Origin: Strigamia acuminata
Taxonomy: Eukaryota
Assembly: GCA_949358305.1 (NCBI GenBank)
Contig: OX442314.1
Coordinates: 5,084,001 to 5,148,000, forward strand
Direction: 5' to 3'
DNA: 64,000 nt
The translations under genes were made by a program, and so were the position numbers. The notes beneath the pieces are model-generated. The model worked only from the letters and a program-made list of their open reading frames with translations. It ran no database searches and was not told the DNA's origin. Every line of letters starts with the position of its first letter. Positions within the stretch are counted from its first letter, which is position 1. This document shows positions 26,376-36,410 of the stretch, in pieces.

Positions 26376-28213
26376 CATTTGAATTATAAATGAATCAGAT
26401 TGAACTCGTTTTGGTTCCTTCAAGAGAGTTATCACTCAATTTGTTTTATTTTCTCATTTATCTAATCATAGTTATCACATTACGGCTGGAAATGGAAAAT
26501 GTTGTAATATTCATTGAATTTTAATCAAATGCTACTCATTTGTACACATGTGCAGTGGACACACCATCCTTGGATTGTATTAATAATGATAGTGGTTTGG
26601 TCCTTAAGTTGCAATTATCCATTGAAGCTGCATGGATGAAAATGGAAATCAATGGAAAACATCGAATAAAATATCGATAGTTAGTATCAGAACACAAAGC
26701 ATGATGAAAATATCGGTATTCAATAAGAAAAATTTTGCTTCAATGTATTAAGTTGATTTTTCACCTTTAATTTTGTTTTCATTTTTTTTTCTCGACAACT
26801 AACGCGATTTTCTTTCTGAAATTTCATGTATTTTCATTTAACATCATAAAAAACAAAAAAATAATAGATTTAAAAATTCTAAAAAAAAAACTTTTTACAA
26901 AATTACGTTGTTTCCCCACTACTTTTGAATCCAATGTCAATCATTTTTGTCACTCTTTCGACAAATACCGCTTTGCTTAAATTTCTTCATAAACATGAAA
27001 TGCTCAGAGAATAAAATCATTTTCACAAGTTTTTGGAAAAAAATTGTAGTGAACTTGAACGTGAACTAGTTAACACGGTGATGAACGTGAACTTGAACTA
27101 GTTAACGATTTGGTGAACGAGATACAACACTGCTGAACATGTGCAAATTGCAGGGGGTCTAAAAATCCCAAATTTTGCGTTACGTAATTTATGGACGGTC
27201 CCTTTTTGCTCTGTTTCAGTCGAGTGAAATCGAGGAAAACAAAGTCGACCCAATAAAAGCGGGTCGCGCAGCCTGCGCATTGGTGTGCCGTCTTTCCTCT
27301 TAATCCCATTTCTCAGGTTGAGTGGGAAGAGTTAATTTGCCCGGCACCAGATTCCTTTCCACCATCTAAATGTCGTGCACGTGGCGGTTTCGGTGGAACC
27401 TCCTTCGCTTTATTCCTCTTGCGGTTTTGCCACATGGTGTCGCCGTTGCAATCTCTGCAACGGGTGCAATCTTTTGCCTCCACGCATGCGTGAAAAGCAC
27501 TCACTGTGTAAAAGTGCAATTTAATTTGCCAAAAAAGCCTTCAACTTGTCCTCGCCTCGACTTATTCGTCTTATATGTAGCCAGTGCTGGTTTTAGCATC
27601 TGTGAGGCCATAGACAGATGTGGGTAAATGTGAGGTTTGAGGATCCGCAGTTCTGTAAAAAATCATTTTTTACTTATGGTCCTTGGTGTTGGTAAAACGT
27701 GATTTTGATTTTTGTTGAATGAAAATACAAATAAATGAAATACAAATAACTGACTTTCTGATGTTTTTTTGGACCAATAATGAAGAGATCAGTTTCAAAG
27801 TGGGTGTTTAATGTTCACTAAAATATACATAAAATGAATTATTAACTACTTTCAAATTAAAATGAACATACAATTTTCAATAAATTTAATGTTGAATGTA
27901 TTTAAAGTGGTTGGAACAGAGTGGAAACAAAATTTGAAGCTGAGTCCAAAACTTAAGCCGGACTGTACTGACCTGTTAAGATTGGTTCTAAAAGGAGTCT
28001 CTCTGTACTCAAAACCATTGCAATGTGTTCTTGACTCCTATTGGGTGAGCCGTCTCATTGGTGTAGTGGCACAAAAAAGTAGACCATGACACAAGAATTG
28101 TAATCTAACCTTGGACAAGATCCTTGTCCAAGATCTAACTAGGCAAAACAACCAATAAAAAAATAAATCCTAGTTTACCTGCTAAAAGAAATTAACAAAC
28201 TATGTTAACATTA

Positions 28214-28575
28214 AATGTAGCAAAATCTCATAAAATGTAGCAAAATCTCACAAAATCTCATAAAATGTAGCAAAATCTCACAAAATCTCATAAAATGTAG
28301 CAAAATCTCACAAAATCTCATAAAATGTAGCAAAATCTCACAAAATCTCATAAAATGTAGTAAAATCTCACAAAATCTCATAAAATGTAGCAAAATCTCA
28401 CAAAATCTCATAAAATGTAGCAAAATCTCATAAAATGTAGCAAAATCTCACAAAATCTCATAAAATGTAGCAAAATCTCACAAAATCTCATAAAATGTAG
28501 CAAAATCTCATAAAATGTAGCAAAATCTCACAAAATCTCAAAAAATGTAGCAAAATCTCACAAAATATAGCAAAT
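28214..28575. repeat. 10/30-bp minisatellite (CAAAATCTCA-TAAAATGTAG-CAAAATCTCA)
   Basis: Tandem units visible. Confidence 0.95.
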
Positions 28576-30464
28576 TCACGTGCAATCTCGTACCGGTACA
28601 TCTGAAAAACCCACAAAAGTATTGCTGAAGAAATTTGCAATGAGCTTGCTTGGTTTATTTCCATAGTTACTCACAATATTAATAATAAGCAAAACAATTA
28701 CATTACTGTATTCACACTGCTTCTACATTTTCCAACTAATATAATTTTATGAAGTAAGCTTTACATAACAGTACCGGTACATGCAAAAACTCAGCTCGCC
28801 TAAAACCGTTCCTAACTCCACGAAACGGCCGGAGCTGTCGCTGGCTGCAACGGTTGAAAATCACCCGTGACACCTGGCCTGGCACGATGATTGATATTCC
28901 CTTCGGAGGGCGAAAAGGGGTCGCAACGAGGGGCACGTGCTTTTTTACCCACCGCTAGGGAGATGGCGAGCGCGCACCAATCATTGGACGTGTTTTTAAC
29001 TCCCTTTGGCAGTGATGGCAGAGGTGGGGACGCGAACGGCAAGCGGGAGGATGTCAGCTCCAATTGCACCAAATCACGTGTGGGAGTATTTTTTCTTGTT
29101 TGAGTCAACTGGTGGCGGTTGACGGAGTGATTTCAAGCTGCATTGGAAACACCCCATCAATAAAATGAGAGTCAAGTGTAAAGAGCAGGAGAAGGAAAAA
29201 ATGGCAGGTGCGTGTTGCACACCACTCCGGGCTCTGTTTTCAATGCATCTTTAAAGGTTTTTTTTTTCTTCTTTCGTGGTAATGAAATGAGGCTTTGACT
29301 GAGAAAGGCAGAGTGTTTTCGTATAAAAGTAAAGTTGACTTCGGTAACTGAGAAAACGGCAGAAATTCCCTCTGTCTCATTCTAGGATCAATTTTGACCT
29401 CCAAAAGTGTTTTTATTTTTTTTCTCGTATACATACGGGATTTTCATAAAATTCTTTTGTTTACCGACTACTTTCGGATTCAGTCTGATTACTTTTGTCA
29501 TGTTCTTTCGACAAATAACTTCGTTAAGTGACAGCATAGAAATGAAAGTCAGTCTATACTCAAAACCACCCCAACGTTGATCTATTTCACTGGTGTAGTG
29601 GCACAAAAAAGTAGTTCAAAACACCAGAATTGTAATCGAACTCCAGACATTGTGCTCAATTACCAACATTGTCAAAGGTGATGCTTTGACACAGAACTAC
29701 TTTTCCGCGTAGTAGAACACAGTACACAGTTAGACGTAAACCGGCTGAAATAGGTGTCTTCGATATTGGCTTTATAGCTAAATTTGCATATCGGTAGTGT
29801 CATTCGGCACTGTTCGGTTTAAATTGGAGTATGTGATTAGCTTGTAGTGAGTTGTGGCTATCCAGGGGATTAAGGAGCCTGGCAAACATGAAGCATTACC
29901 TGATTTGCAAAAATGAAGTTACCACGATTAAACTTTAAATGATCTATCTGCAATGGCTAGAATTTTACAAGAAATTGTGTTTCAATGGTAGTCGATGACG
30001 AAAACAAACGCTGTGAAACCTGCAATTCGATTTATATCTATTAATAAAAGTCCTAGGCCTTTGGACCTAACAGGTCATCCTCAGGCTGTTAATGTTTGCA
30101 ATTACAGTTGGTAATGGAATGAAGAGGGCTCTTGCACCCTTAAGCAGTCAGTTACACACTTGTGTGAACTGCAACTATTGAAATAATGGAGGCATCAATT
30201 CTTTCACACCAACAAGATTATTGGCAATTCACAAATCTATTCCTTCCTTTGTAATAGTTGCTCGGTTTTAAGAGCCAGGAAAGTTATCCAGTGGATAACA
30301 AAAGACTAAGAGATGCTAAGAACTAGGCTACTGTTAAAGCAAGTGCCAGGAATGTTTTCATTAATCACGAAGAAAAGTAGAAGGTTCGAAGTCAGTAAGG
30401 ACTTGTTTGCAATAAAGAACTGTGGGTATTTGGATTCATCGTTCTTTTTTAAAACGACATATTA

Positions 30465-31625
30465 GGTGCATTCAATATCGATAAGGAGAAGTGACTTCTT
30501 TCACTTATTTGACTTCTCACAACCGGATATGACGACTTTTGTGTCATATTTCTGATAAGTCGTTTTGAAAGAAGTCAAATAAGTGAATAAGTCACTTAAA
30601 TAATGGTGCGCATGCGCATATCGCCTGGTTTCGCCTCGTTTTGGAAATTTTTGGCCGCCATCTTTTCCGATCTAATTTGCTCATCGCAATGTTGCCTAAA
30701 ACAAAAGAAATATGTGCTCTAAAATTCTAAAAACCACATAAACTTCTAATTAACACAAGAAAAAGAGATGCGTGTGGTTTTTAGAATTTTAGAGCACATA
30801 TTTTTTTTGACGAATGTGAGATTGACATTTGCATCTTGGTTGGGCAGCCATTTGCAATACTTGTTCTGAGCATGCTCAGAACTCGTCACAACTGGATAGA
30901 AGTCAAACACTTAAGTAAAATAATAAACGCGTTCAAACATAAGAACTATTAGTTCACGTTCGCGAACTAAGTTTGTCAGTTCGCGAATGAAGACCGCGAA
31001 CTAGTTCACTTTTATAAGTGAACGAAAAAAACGAACAAAGTTTGTTTTTTGAAGCGAACGTGAACGAAGTTTGCGTTCACTTTGTTAAGTTCTTAAAATA
31101 TAAATAAATGATAAATCAGTGATTGTGTTGCAGGGAAGTTCCTAGGGGCTGTTGGTACGTATTACATATTATATTAGTCACTCAATCTGCCAATTTCAAT
31201 TCAATTGAATTTTTTTGATAATTTTTTAATTTCAAATTCAAATTCGAAATTCACAAAATGACATTTCTAGTGGACGTATCATCAACATTTTGAAAATGTT
31301 GATGATTTTGATAGGTCCACTAGACGTTTTATGTGACAGCCAATCAGGGCTGAGTGTTTTTGACAATGTGATTTATTCATTTATTGACTTTATTGTTGTG
31401 TCAATTGAAAAAAATTTTGAAAAGTGAACTGAACTATTGGTTCAAGTTCGCGAACTAGAACTTAGTTCACTTTGAAAAAATTTGTAGTGAACGCGAACTA
31501 GAACTAGTTCACACGGTGATGAACACGAACTTGAACTAGTTCGCGATTTGGTGAACGAGATACAATACTGCTTATTTAATCAACTTAAGGAGAAGTCACT
31601 TCTCCTTATCGATATTGAATGCACC
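30465..31625. mobile_element. TIR element with a nested family-A copy (~30940-31570)
   Basis: GGTGCATTCAATATCGATAAGGAGAAGTGACTTCT ... AGAAGTCACTTCTCCTTATCGATATTGAATGCACC perfect ~35-bp TIRs, TA on both flanks. Confidence 0.8.
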
Positions 31626-31698
31626 TATTGTTACAGGTACAAACCGTTCTGCTTATCGGCCAATCCGTATCGCTCATATTCGATTAATTTGTCCATAA

Positions 31699-31810
31699 GA
31701 AATTTGAAAATTTTCTTGTTGAATGCGGGGTTAAAGCCCAAAGGACAAATGTTTACATGCCTGAGATGAATGGAGTCGCTGAGCGCCTTAATCGCACCTT
31801 ACTTGAGGGC
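31699..31810 (+). pseudogene. Ty1/copia integrase core fragment
   Basis: Translates as KFENFLVECGVKAQRTNVYMPEMNGVAERLNRTLLEG, matching the copia-type P..NGVAER.NRTL motif. Confidence 0.75.
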
Positions 31811-32389
31811 TACTAATTAATCGAATATCAGCAATACGGAACGGCCCATACGTGTAACAATATATTGTTACGCTTATAATATACTGTATAATATATTGTT
31901 AAGCTAATCTGAACTGGCCAAGTATAGCCCACCATTTTTAGTTTGATTAGTGTGTAAAGCTAGAGTGCGCATAAACCAATGATACGTTAAACGAGGGATA
32001 TCTGTATTTTAGTTTGGGGAACTAGCTCAAACATCCATCTTTAACTTAGCTTTTAGTGATTCAAATTTACCTTGACATCTTCCATAGATGTCTTGGCATA
32101 GCCTAATAACAACTCCCACATTTGCCCGTGGGATGACGACTGCACCAAGTTTAACAAACAAACGCTGAATCAATATTGTGGTTGTTGGTAGCGAGCAATT
32201 GTTATCTTTTATCATCTTCTCTTTTCAAATCATTTCCTTTTTAATCTTTTATCTCTCTGTAGGGCACTACCTTTTTCTCAACAAGGGTTTTCAATAACTG
32301 ATTGGTGTGTCCAGTTGTGGCATCCATATAGGCCACTCTTTGAGCTTATGTGCACAGACAAACCCCACAAGATCAATAGTTTTATTTAC

Positions 32390-33373
32390 TGCTGCGATCC
32401 GGGTTTTTATCCACTTAATTTCTAATAAATTAAGCAGAAACCGCAGGTGAATGCTTAACAAGACTTATATCGCGGCCGAAACTTGTCTAGGGTTAAGTTT
32501 ACGAAAATAGGAATAAAAAGACAGTTTATTATGGTAATAAAAATCACACAATTATTTATTCGGTTTAAATTACAATATATATATTAATAATGATTATGAA
32601 TATCACGATATGCAACAAGTCGCAAGAATAAAATGAGCGGGAAACAATGAAACAAAGGAAGGGCTTGCAACGACTGTTGCAAGCTACAAAGCGTCAGAAA
32701 TGGCGCTTAAACAACGAGATGTTGTTGATCGAAGGCAAATGTCTTCGTTCTCGGCAAACTCACGAACGATGGTCGAAGACGATGGTTCTCGTGGGTTTCT
32801 TCTACGGCTCGTGCGACGGCTCGGCGGCGGTGGTTGACGGCTGTAGGCGTCTGGTCCAGGTACGATGGCGATGGTTGCCGTTCGCGCGGCAACGATGGCG
32901 ATGGTTCACTTGGATCAGGAAACTTCTTCTTCTCGATAGCTGGAATTAGCGACGGCTAATTCAAGCTGAATTGCTGGCTTTGTGCTTTGGATGACACAAA
33001 GATAGCAGATGAAACTGAGTTACAACGGTCCTCTATCAATACGTATTGTCGGAGCAAATATCGCAGTGATGTTGAGGTTGTTGTTGTATTTTTCAGAGTC
33101 CCGATTTGAGCCAAGACGCGAGCCCAGCACGCTTCAATATTGCGCAGAAAACCTGCGCACTTAGCTCAAATGGGTGCAACTAGTGGTTATTACACCATAT
33201 TGCACCATAACGGCTAATAACCGTTTTCACCCCGGACAACCTGGGGTGATATGTGCCTAGAGAGGATTTCTCCCCTCGGTCACATGATCTGACTTGGCGT
33301 GTGCCACAGTCAAATTAATTAGAAGATAATTAATTTAATCTTCTAAGTTGGTGAATATTTTGAGATCACCACA
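32390..33373 (-). repeat. 3' LTR (984 bp)
   Basis: Direct repeat of 43796-44779; TG...CA ends; preceded on the minus strand by the PPT. Confidence 0.97.
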
Positions 33374-33388
33374 CATCCCCCCATTTAA
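33374..33388 (-). other. Polypurine tract
   Basis: Minus strand TTAAATGGGGGGATG directly abuts the TG of the 3' LTR. Confidence 0.85.
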
Positions 33389-33425
33389 GACGAATCTTAC
33401 ATGGAGAGAAAATGAACGAACCAAT

Positions 33426-35708
33426 TTATGATTCGTCCATGTTCTGAGTTCGCTCAGGCGTCAACGGGCGCATCATATCCGTGGTGTCGTCCCTCGGGTT
33501 GGACCGCTCGTTAACCGTACACAGGTCGCGACCTGCGTTTGGTCCGGAGACCATTCCAGGGTTGACATGAAGCCAAACCTGGATGATTCTCGCCGAGTTC
33601 GCTCGGTTGAAAAATCCTAGCGCCGCAAACTCTATGGGATCCTCTGGCGCCAATCGTGCTCTCAGGAGTCGATCGTGGAGCACTGATGGTGGGCTTAACA
33701 CCCGGATGTGGTCCTCGAGCCACATAAACACCTGCCTCGACAACTTGTGGTTGTTGCTAAGCAGTGTTCGCGTATCCGGCGTCAAATAGAAGTGCGGATA
33801 CAGGCGCATCAGGGTCTTGAAAGCCGACTCTTTTTTCAGCGGCTTGACCTTCGTCTCCGGCTTGGCTGGCGGCGGCGGCGGCGGACGTGAGTCTTCCGTC
33901 GTGGCATCGTCAAAATGGCACTGCGGGCCCAAGAAAACCAACGCGGGTGCGGAGGTTGACGAGGGTGTGACGCCTCGTCCCGGTGCTCGACCCACACCGG
34001 GGAGCTGACGGGTTTCGACTACCCGTTGAACTCCGGCTGGAGTTTGAGAACTTCCGGCGTTCTCTGGCCAAAATGAACATCCAGCGCCCTCTTGGGCCGA
34101 CTGGAAAACAGCCAGTGACGCAGCTGCTGTGGCGCTTGTAACTGGAAGCGGTGGTCTTCCGGCTATTCGCGCCGTGGCCTTCGCAAAGGACCACTCGGTT
34201 CGCAACCGAACGGCGGCCTCTTCTTCGGTCTCACCGTTTGCTACGACTTGCTTTATTAGCTCGGCTAAGATCGTAGGCGGGTCGAGCCTGAGGTGGTACC
34301 ACAGCTCGACTTTCTTCTCCGACAGGCCCATCGGCGCGGTCCAAAGGTACGTAATGGCCGCTAACGCCTGTCCTGGCGAAGGAAGAACACCAGGGTACAA
34401 CACCCTAGTCATCCCCGGAATTAGCTGACGCTGAAAATCCATCAGGCGGGGATCATCAATGGTATTGATGTCGGAGACTTCTAGCCTTTCAGCTAGTCTC
34501 TGCCAGTCCTTCTGTGACTCGGCGATCTGGGCGCTTTGGTATGCGTCCAGCTTCTGGAGCACTTCCTGCTGCGCTCTAATGGGTTGCTGCTCGTAGCAGG
34601 TCCATTGTGGGCCGAACGACTCACTGAAAAATGGCCGGAGTTGCAGGTTGCTAACTCCAGCCGGCAAGCGGGAAACATAACCTTGTTCGGGCAAGCGGCT
34701 AGCGTGTCCAGGTACAGGCACACTACAGTCGGGAGAAATATCACCGACGACACGTCTCATGGCGTATGGAGTAGCCGGGTTGTCCACTTTGAACGTGGAG
34801 GCGGTTCGGCTACTTCGGGCGGACTTAATTGTGGAGTCCGATTCGAAACTCAGCGAAGACGACGAGCCAAACGACTCTGGTGTCCGTCCTCGTCGCGACT
34901 GCGGGCGTGATGGCTGCGCGTCAGTCGAATATGGGCGTGATCGCCTCTGACGTTCCTCTCGATCGCGGCTTGATTCGCGGAACATCGGTCGGACTGGAAC
35001 CGGCGGAGGGAGTTGCCCCACCCTCAAATCCTCGTCTTGCGGCGGAGGATTGATGGCCGCTGGGGCCGGAATTTCATCTTCTTGATAAAAAGGGAGAGCG
35101 CAACGCGCTTGCTCCTCTGCCTCGTGTTCTCGAGCCAGTTGTCGATTTTCGTCGACGCGAAGCTGCACCGCGGCAGCTCGGAGTGCTTTGGACGGGAAAA
35201 ATCCCGGAAAATCGTTAAAACACCCGGCGAGCGCCAACTGGTGGAGCTCGGTTTGTGTGACGGGAAGTTGTGGGTTCCCGTCACGAACGGATTTGCGATA
35301 CCGTTTAACGACTTCGCGTTGTGTCGTCTTGAGGTTCTTCCTCAAATGGGTTAGAGCACCGTAATTAATTCCGGTACTCTTTAGCGCTCTTCTGCGCTCG
35401 TGACGCTCTCGTGGCGTCACTGGCCACTGGTTGTGCAGCAACTCTGCTGCAAGCGGTCCTGGGGGGCTCTCGTCGAGCGTCCACTCGATTTCGTCGACAC
35501 CGTCCACGTGAAGGCGCTCGATGAATCTTCCTTTTGCACCAAATCCTTGCAGCGCTGATCTGCTGAAGTCGTGGCGCAACTTCCACCAGGTATTGTTTGC
35601 CGTCTTCAGTCTTCTGATTTTTTCGGGCAATGCCGCTCGAAAAATCAGCGGGTGCTGAGTCGGCACGTGATCGGGAAGCGCGAATGGCGTTTCTCGATCC
35701 CTCTCGAT
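33426..35708 (-). CDS. Retrotransposon accessory gene (ORF3), exon 3; protein of unknown function, not env-like
   Basis: 761-codon open frame with no in-frame ATG near its start; preceded by CTAAT branch site, pyrimidine tract and TAG acceptor (35710-35709), phase 0. Confidence 0.85.
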   Translation of the reverse strand: MERDRETPFALPDHVPTQHPLIFRAALPEKIRRLKTANNTWWKLRHDFSRSALQGFGAKGRFIERLHVDGVDEIEWTLDESPPGPLAAELLHNQWPVTPRERHERRRALKSTGINYGALTHLRKNLKTTQREVVKRYRKSVRDGNPQLPVTQTELHQLALAGCFNDFPGFFPSKALRAAAVQLRVDENRQLAREHEAEEQARCALPFYQEDEIPAPAAINPPPQDEDLRVGQLPPPVPVRPMFRESSRDREERQRRSRPYSTDAQPSRPQSRRGRTPESFGSSSSLSFESDSTIKSARSSRTASTFKVDNPATPYAMRRVVGDISPDCSVPVPGHASRLPEQGYVSRLPAGVSNLQLRPFFSESFGPQWTCYEQQPIRAQQEVLQKLDAYQSAQIAESQKDWQRLAERLEVSDINTIDDPRLMDFQRQLIPGMTRVLYPGVLPSPGQALAAITYLWTAPMGLSEKKVELWYHLRLDPPTILAELIKQVVANGETEEEAAVRLRTEWSFAKATARIAGRPPLPVTSATAAASLAVFQSAQEGAGCSFWPENAGSSQTPAGVQRVVETRQLPGVGRAPGRGVTPSSTSAPALVFLGPQCHFDDATTEDSRPPPPPPAKPETKVKPLKKESAFKTLMRLYPHFYLTPDTRTLLSNNHKLSRQVFMWLEDHIRVLSPPSVLHDRLLRARLAPEDPIEFAALGFFNRANSARIIQVWLHVNPGMVSGPNAGRDLCTVNERSNPRDDTTDMMRPLTPERTQNMDES

Positions 35709-35978
35709 CTATATTCGAAGAAAAATAAATAAATTAGTTTATTTAAAAATAAACAAATAATTTCTTATTTGAAATATTTTTTAAGCTTAGCGCTTGTGGC
35801 TGTGAGTCACTAAGGGATGTTGGTTGTCATGGCAACTCCCTTCGCACATGCTTGAAGCACGTGACTTTTATAGCCGCCATTTTTATTTTTTAGCGGCTTG
35901 TGTTTGAAGTCAGGAAAAGTGAAATTACTCAATTTTTCTGACTTAAACACTTGGTAAAAATTTATTCTAATAATTTAC

Positions 35979-36106
35979 CCGTTGTTGAAGCGTCAATTGA
36001 ACGTCTTCATTTGCCCCTTCCATGGGCATTTCTCCGTCCGCCTGGAGTTGGATCGCTTCCTCGTCCATTCTCTTTCGTTTTCCGGTAATTTCGGAAATTC
36101 TTTCGT
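35979..36106 (-). CDS. ORF3 exon 2 (ERISEITGKRKRMDEE...LTLQQR)
   Basis: TTTCTCTTTCAAG acceptor, CGG|GTAAAT donor; phase 1 in and phase 0 out match the neighbouring exons. Confidence 0.7.
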
Positions 36107-36172
36107 CTTGAAAGAGAAATAATACATAAATCTTATGTTTTATCAAATTTTTCATACAGAAAAATTACTTAC

Positions 36173-36221
36173 GATCAGGTTGTCGAACTATTCGGGTCGT
36201 AACGTAGGCGATGCGATGCAT
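36173..36221 (-). CDS. ORF3 exon 1 (MHRIAYVTTRIVRQPD)
   Basis: ATG at 36221, 49 nt open, then a consensus GTAAGT donor at 36172 (phase 1). Confidence 0.6.
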
Positions 36222-36239
36222 ACACTCTCGAAACTTTTG

Positions 36240-36360
36240 AAAAAGTGACTAAGTTCGTTGATTGCAAACACGAACTTGGATTAGAGACGCTTTGTGACGT
36301 CACTAATTATAACGTATGATTAACGTTGTCATTCGAGTGAGTACTACGAATGACGTCACG
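36240..36360 (-). promoter_or_regulatory. Candidate internal promoter for ORF3
   Basis: Two perfect TGACGTCA (CRE) palindromes at 36295-36302 and 36351-36358, and an Inr-like TTAGTC near 36250, between the pol stop and the ORF3 ATG. Confidence 0.4.
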
Positions 36361-36410
36361 AGATTGCTTTCTCGGATCTTTTGGGTAAACCCAAAAGGTG
36401 AAAGACAACA

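Noticed and set aside
32647..32949. 100-aa antisense ORF in each LTR (also 44053-44355)
   Set aside because: Present twice only because the LTR is duplicated; no recognisable features. Cannot be excluded without Ribo-seq.
33426..35708. ORF3 as an env gene
   Set aside because: No signal peptide, transmembrane anchor or Cys-rich ectodomain pattern visible.
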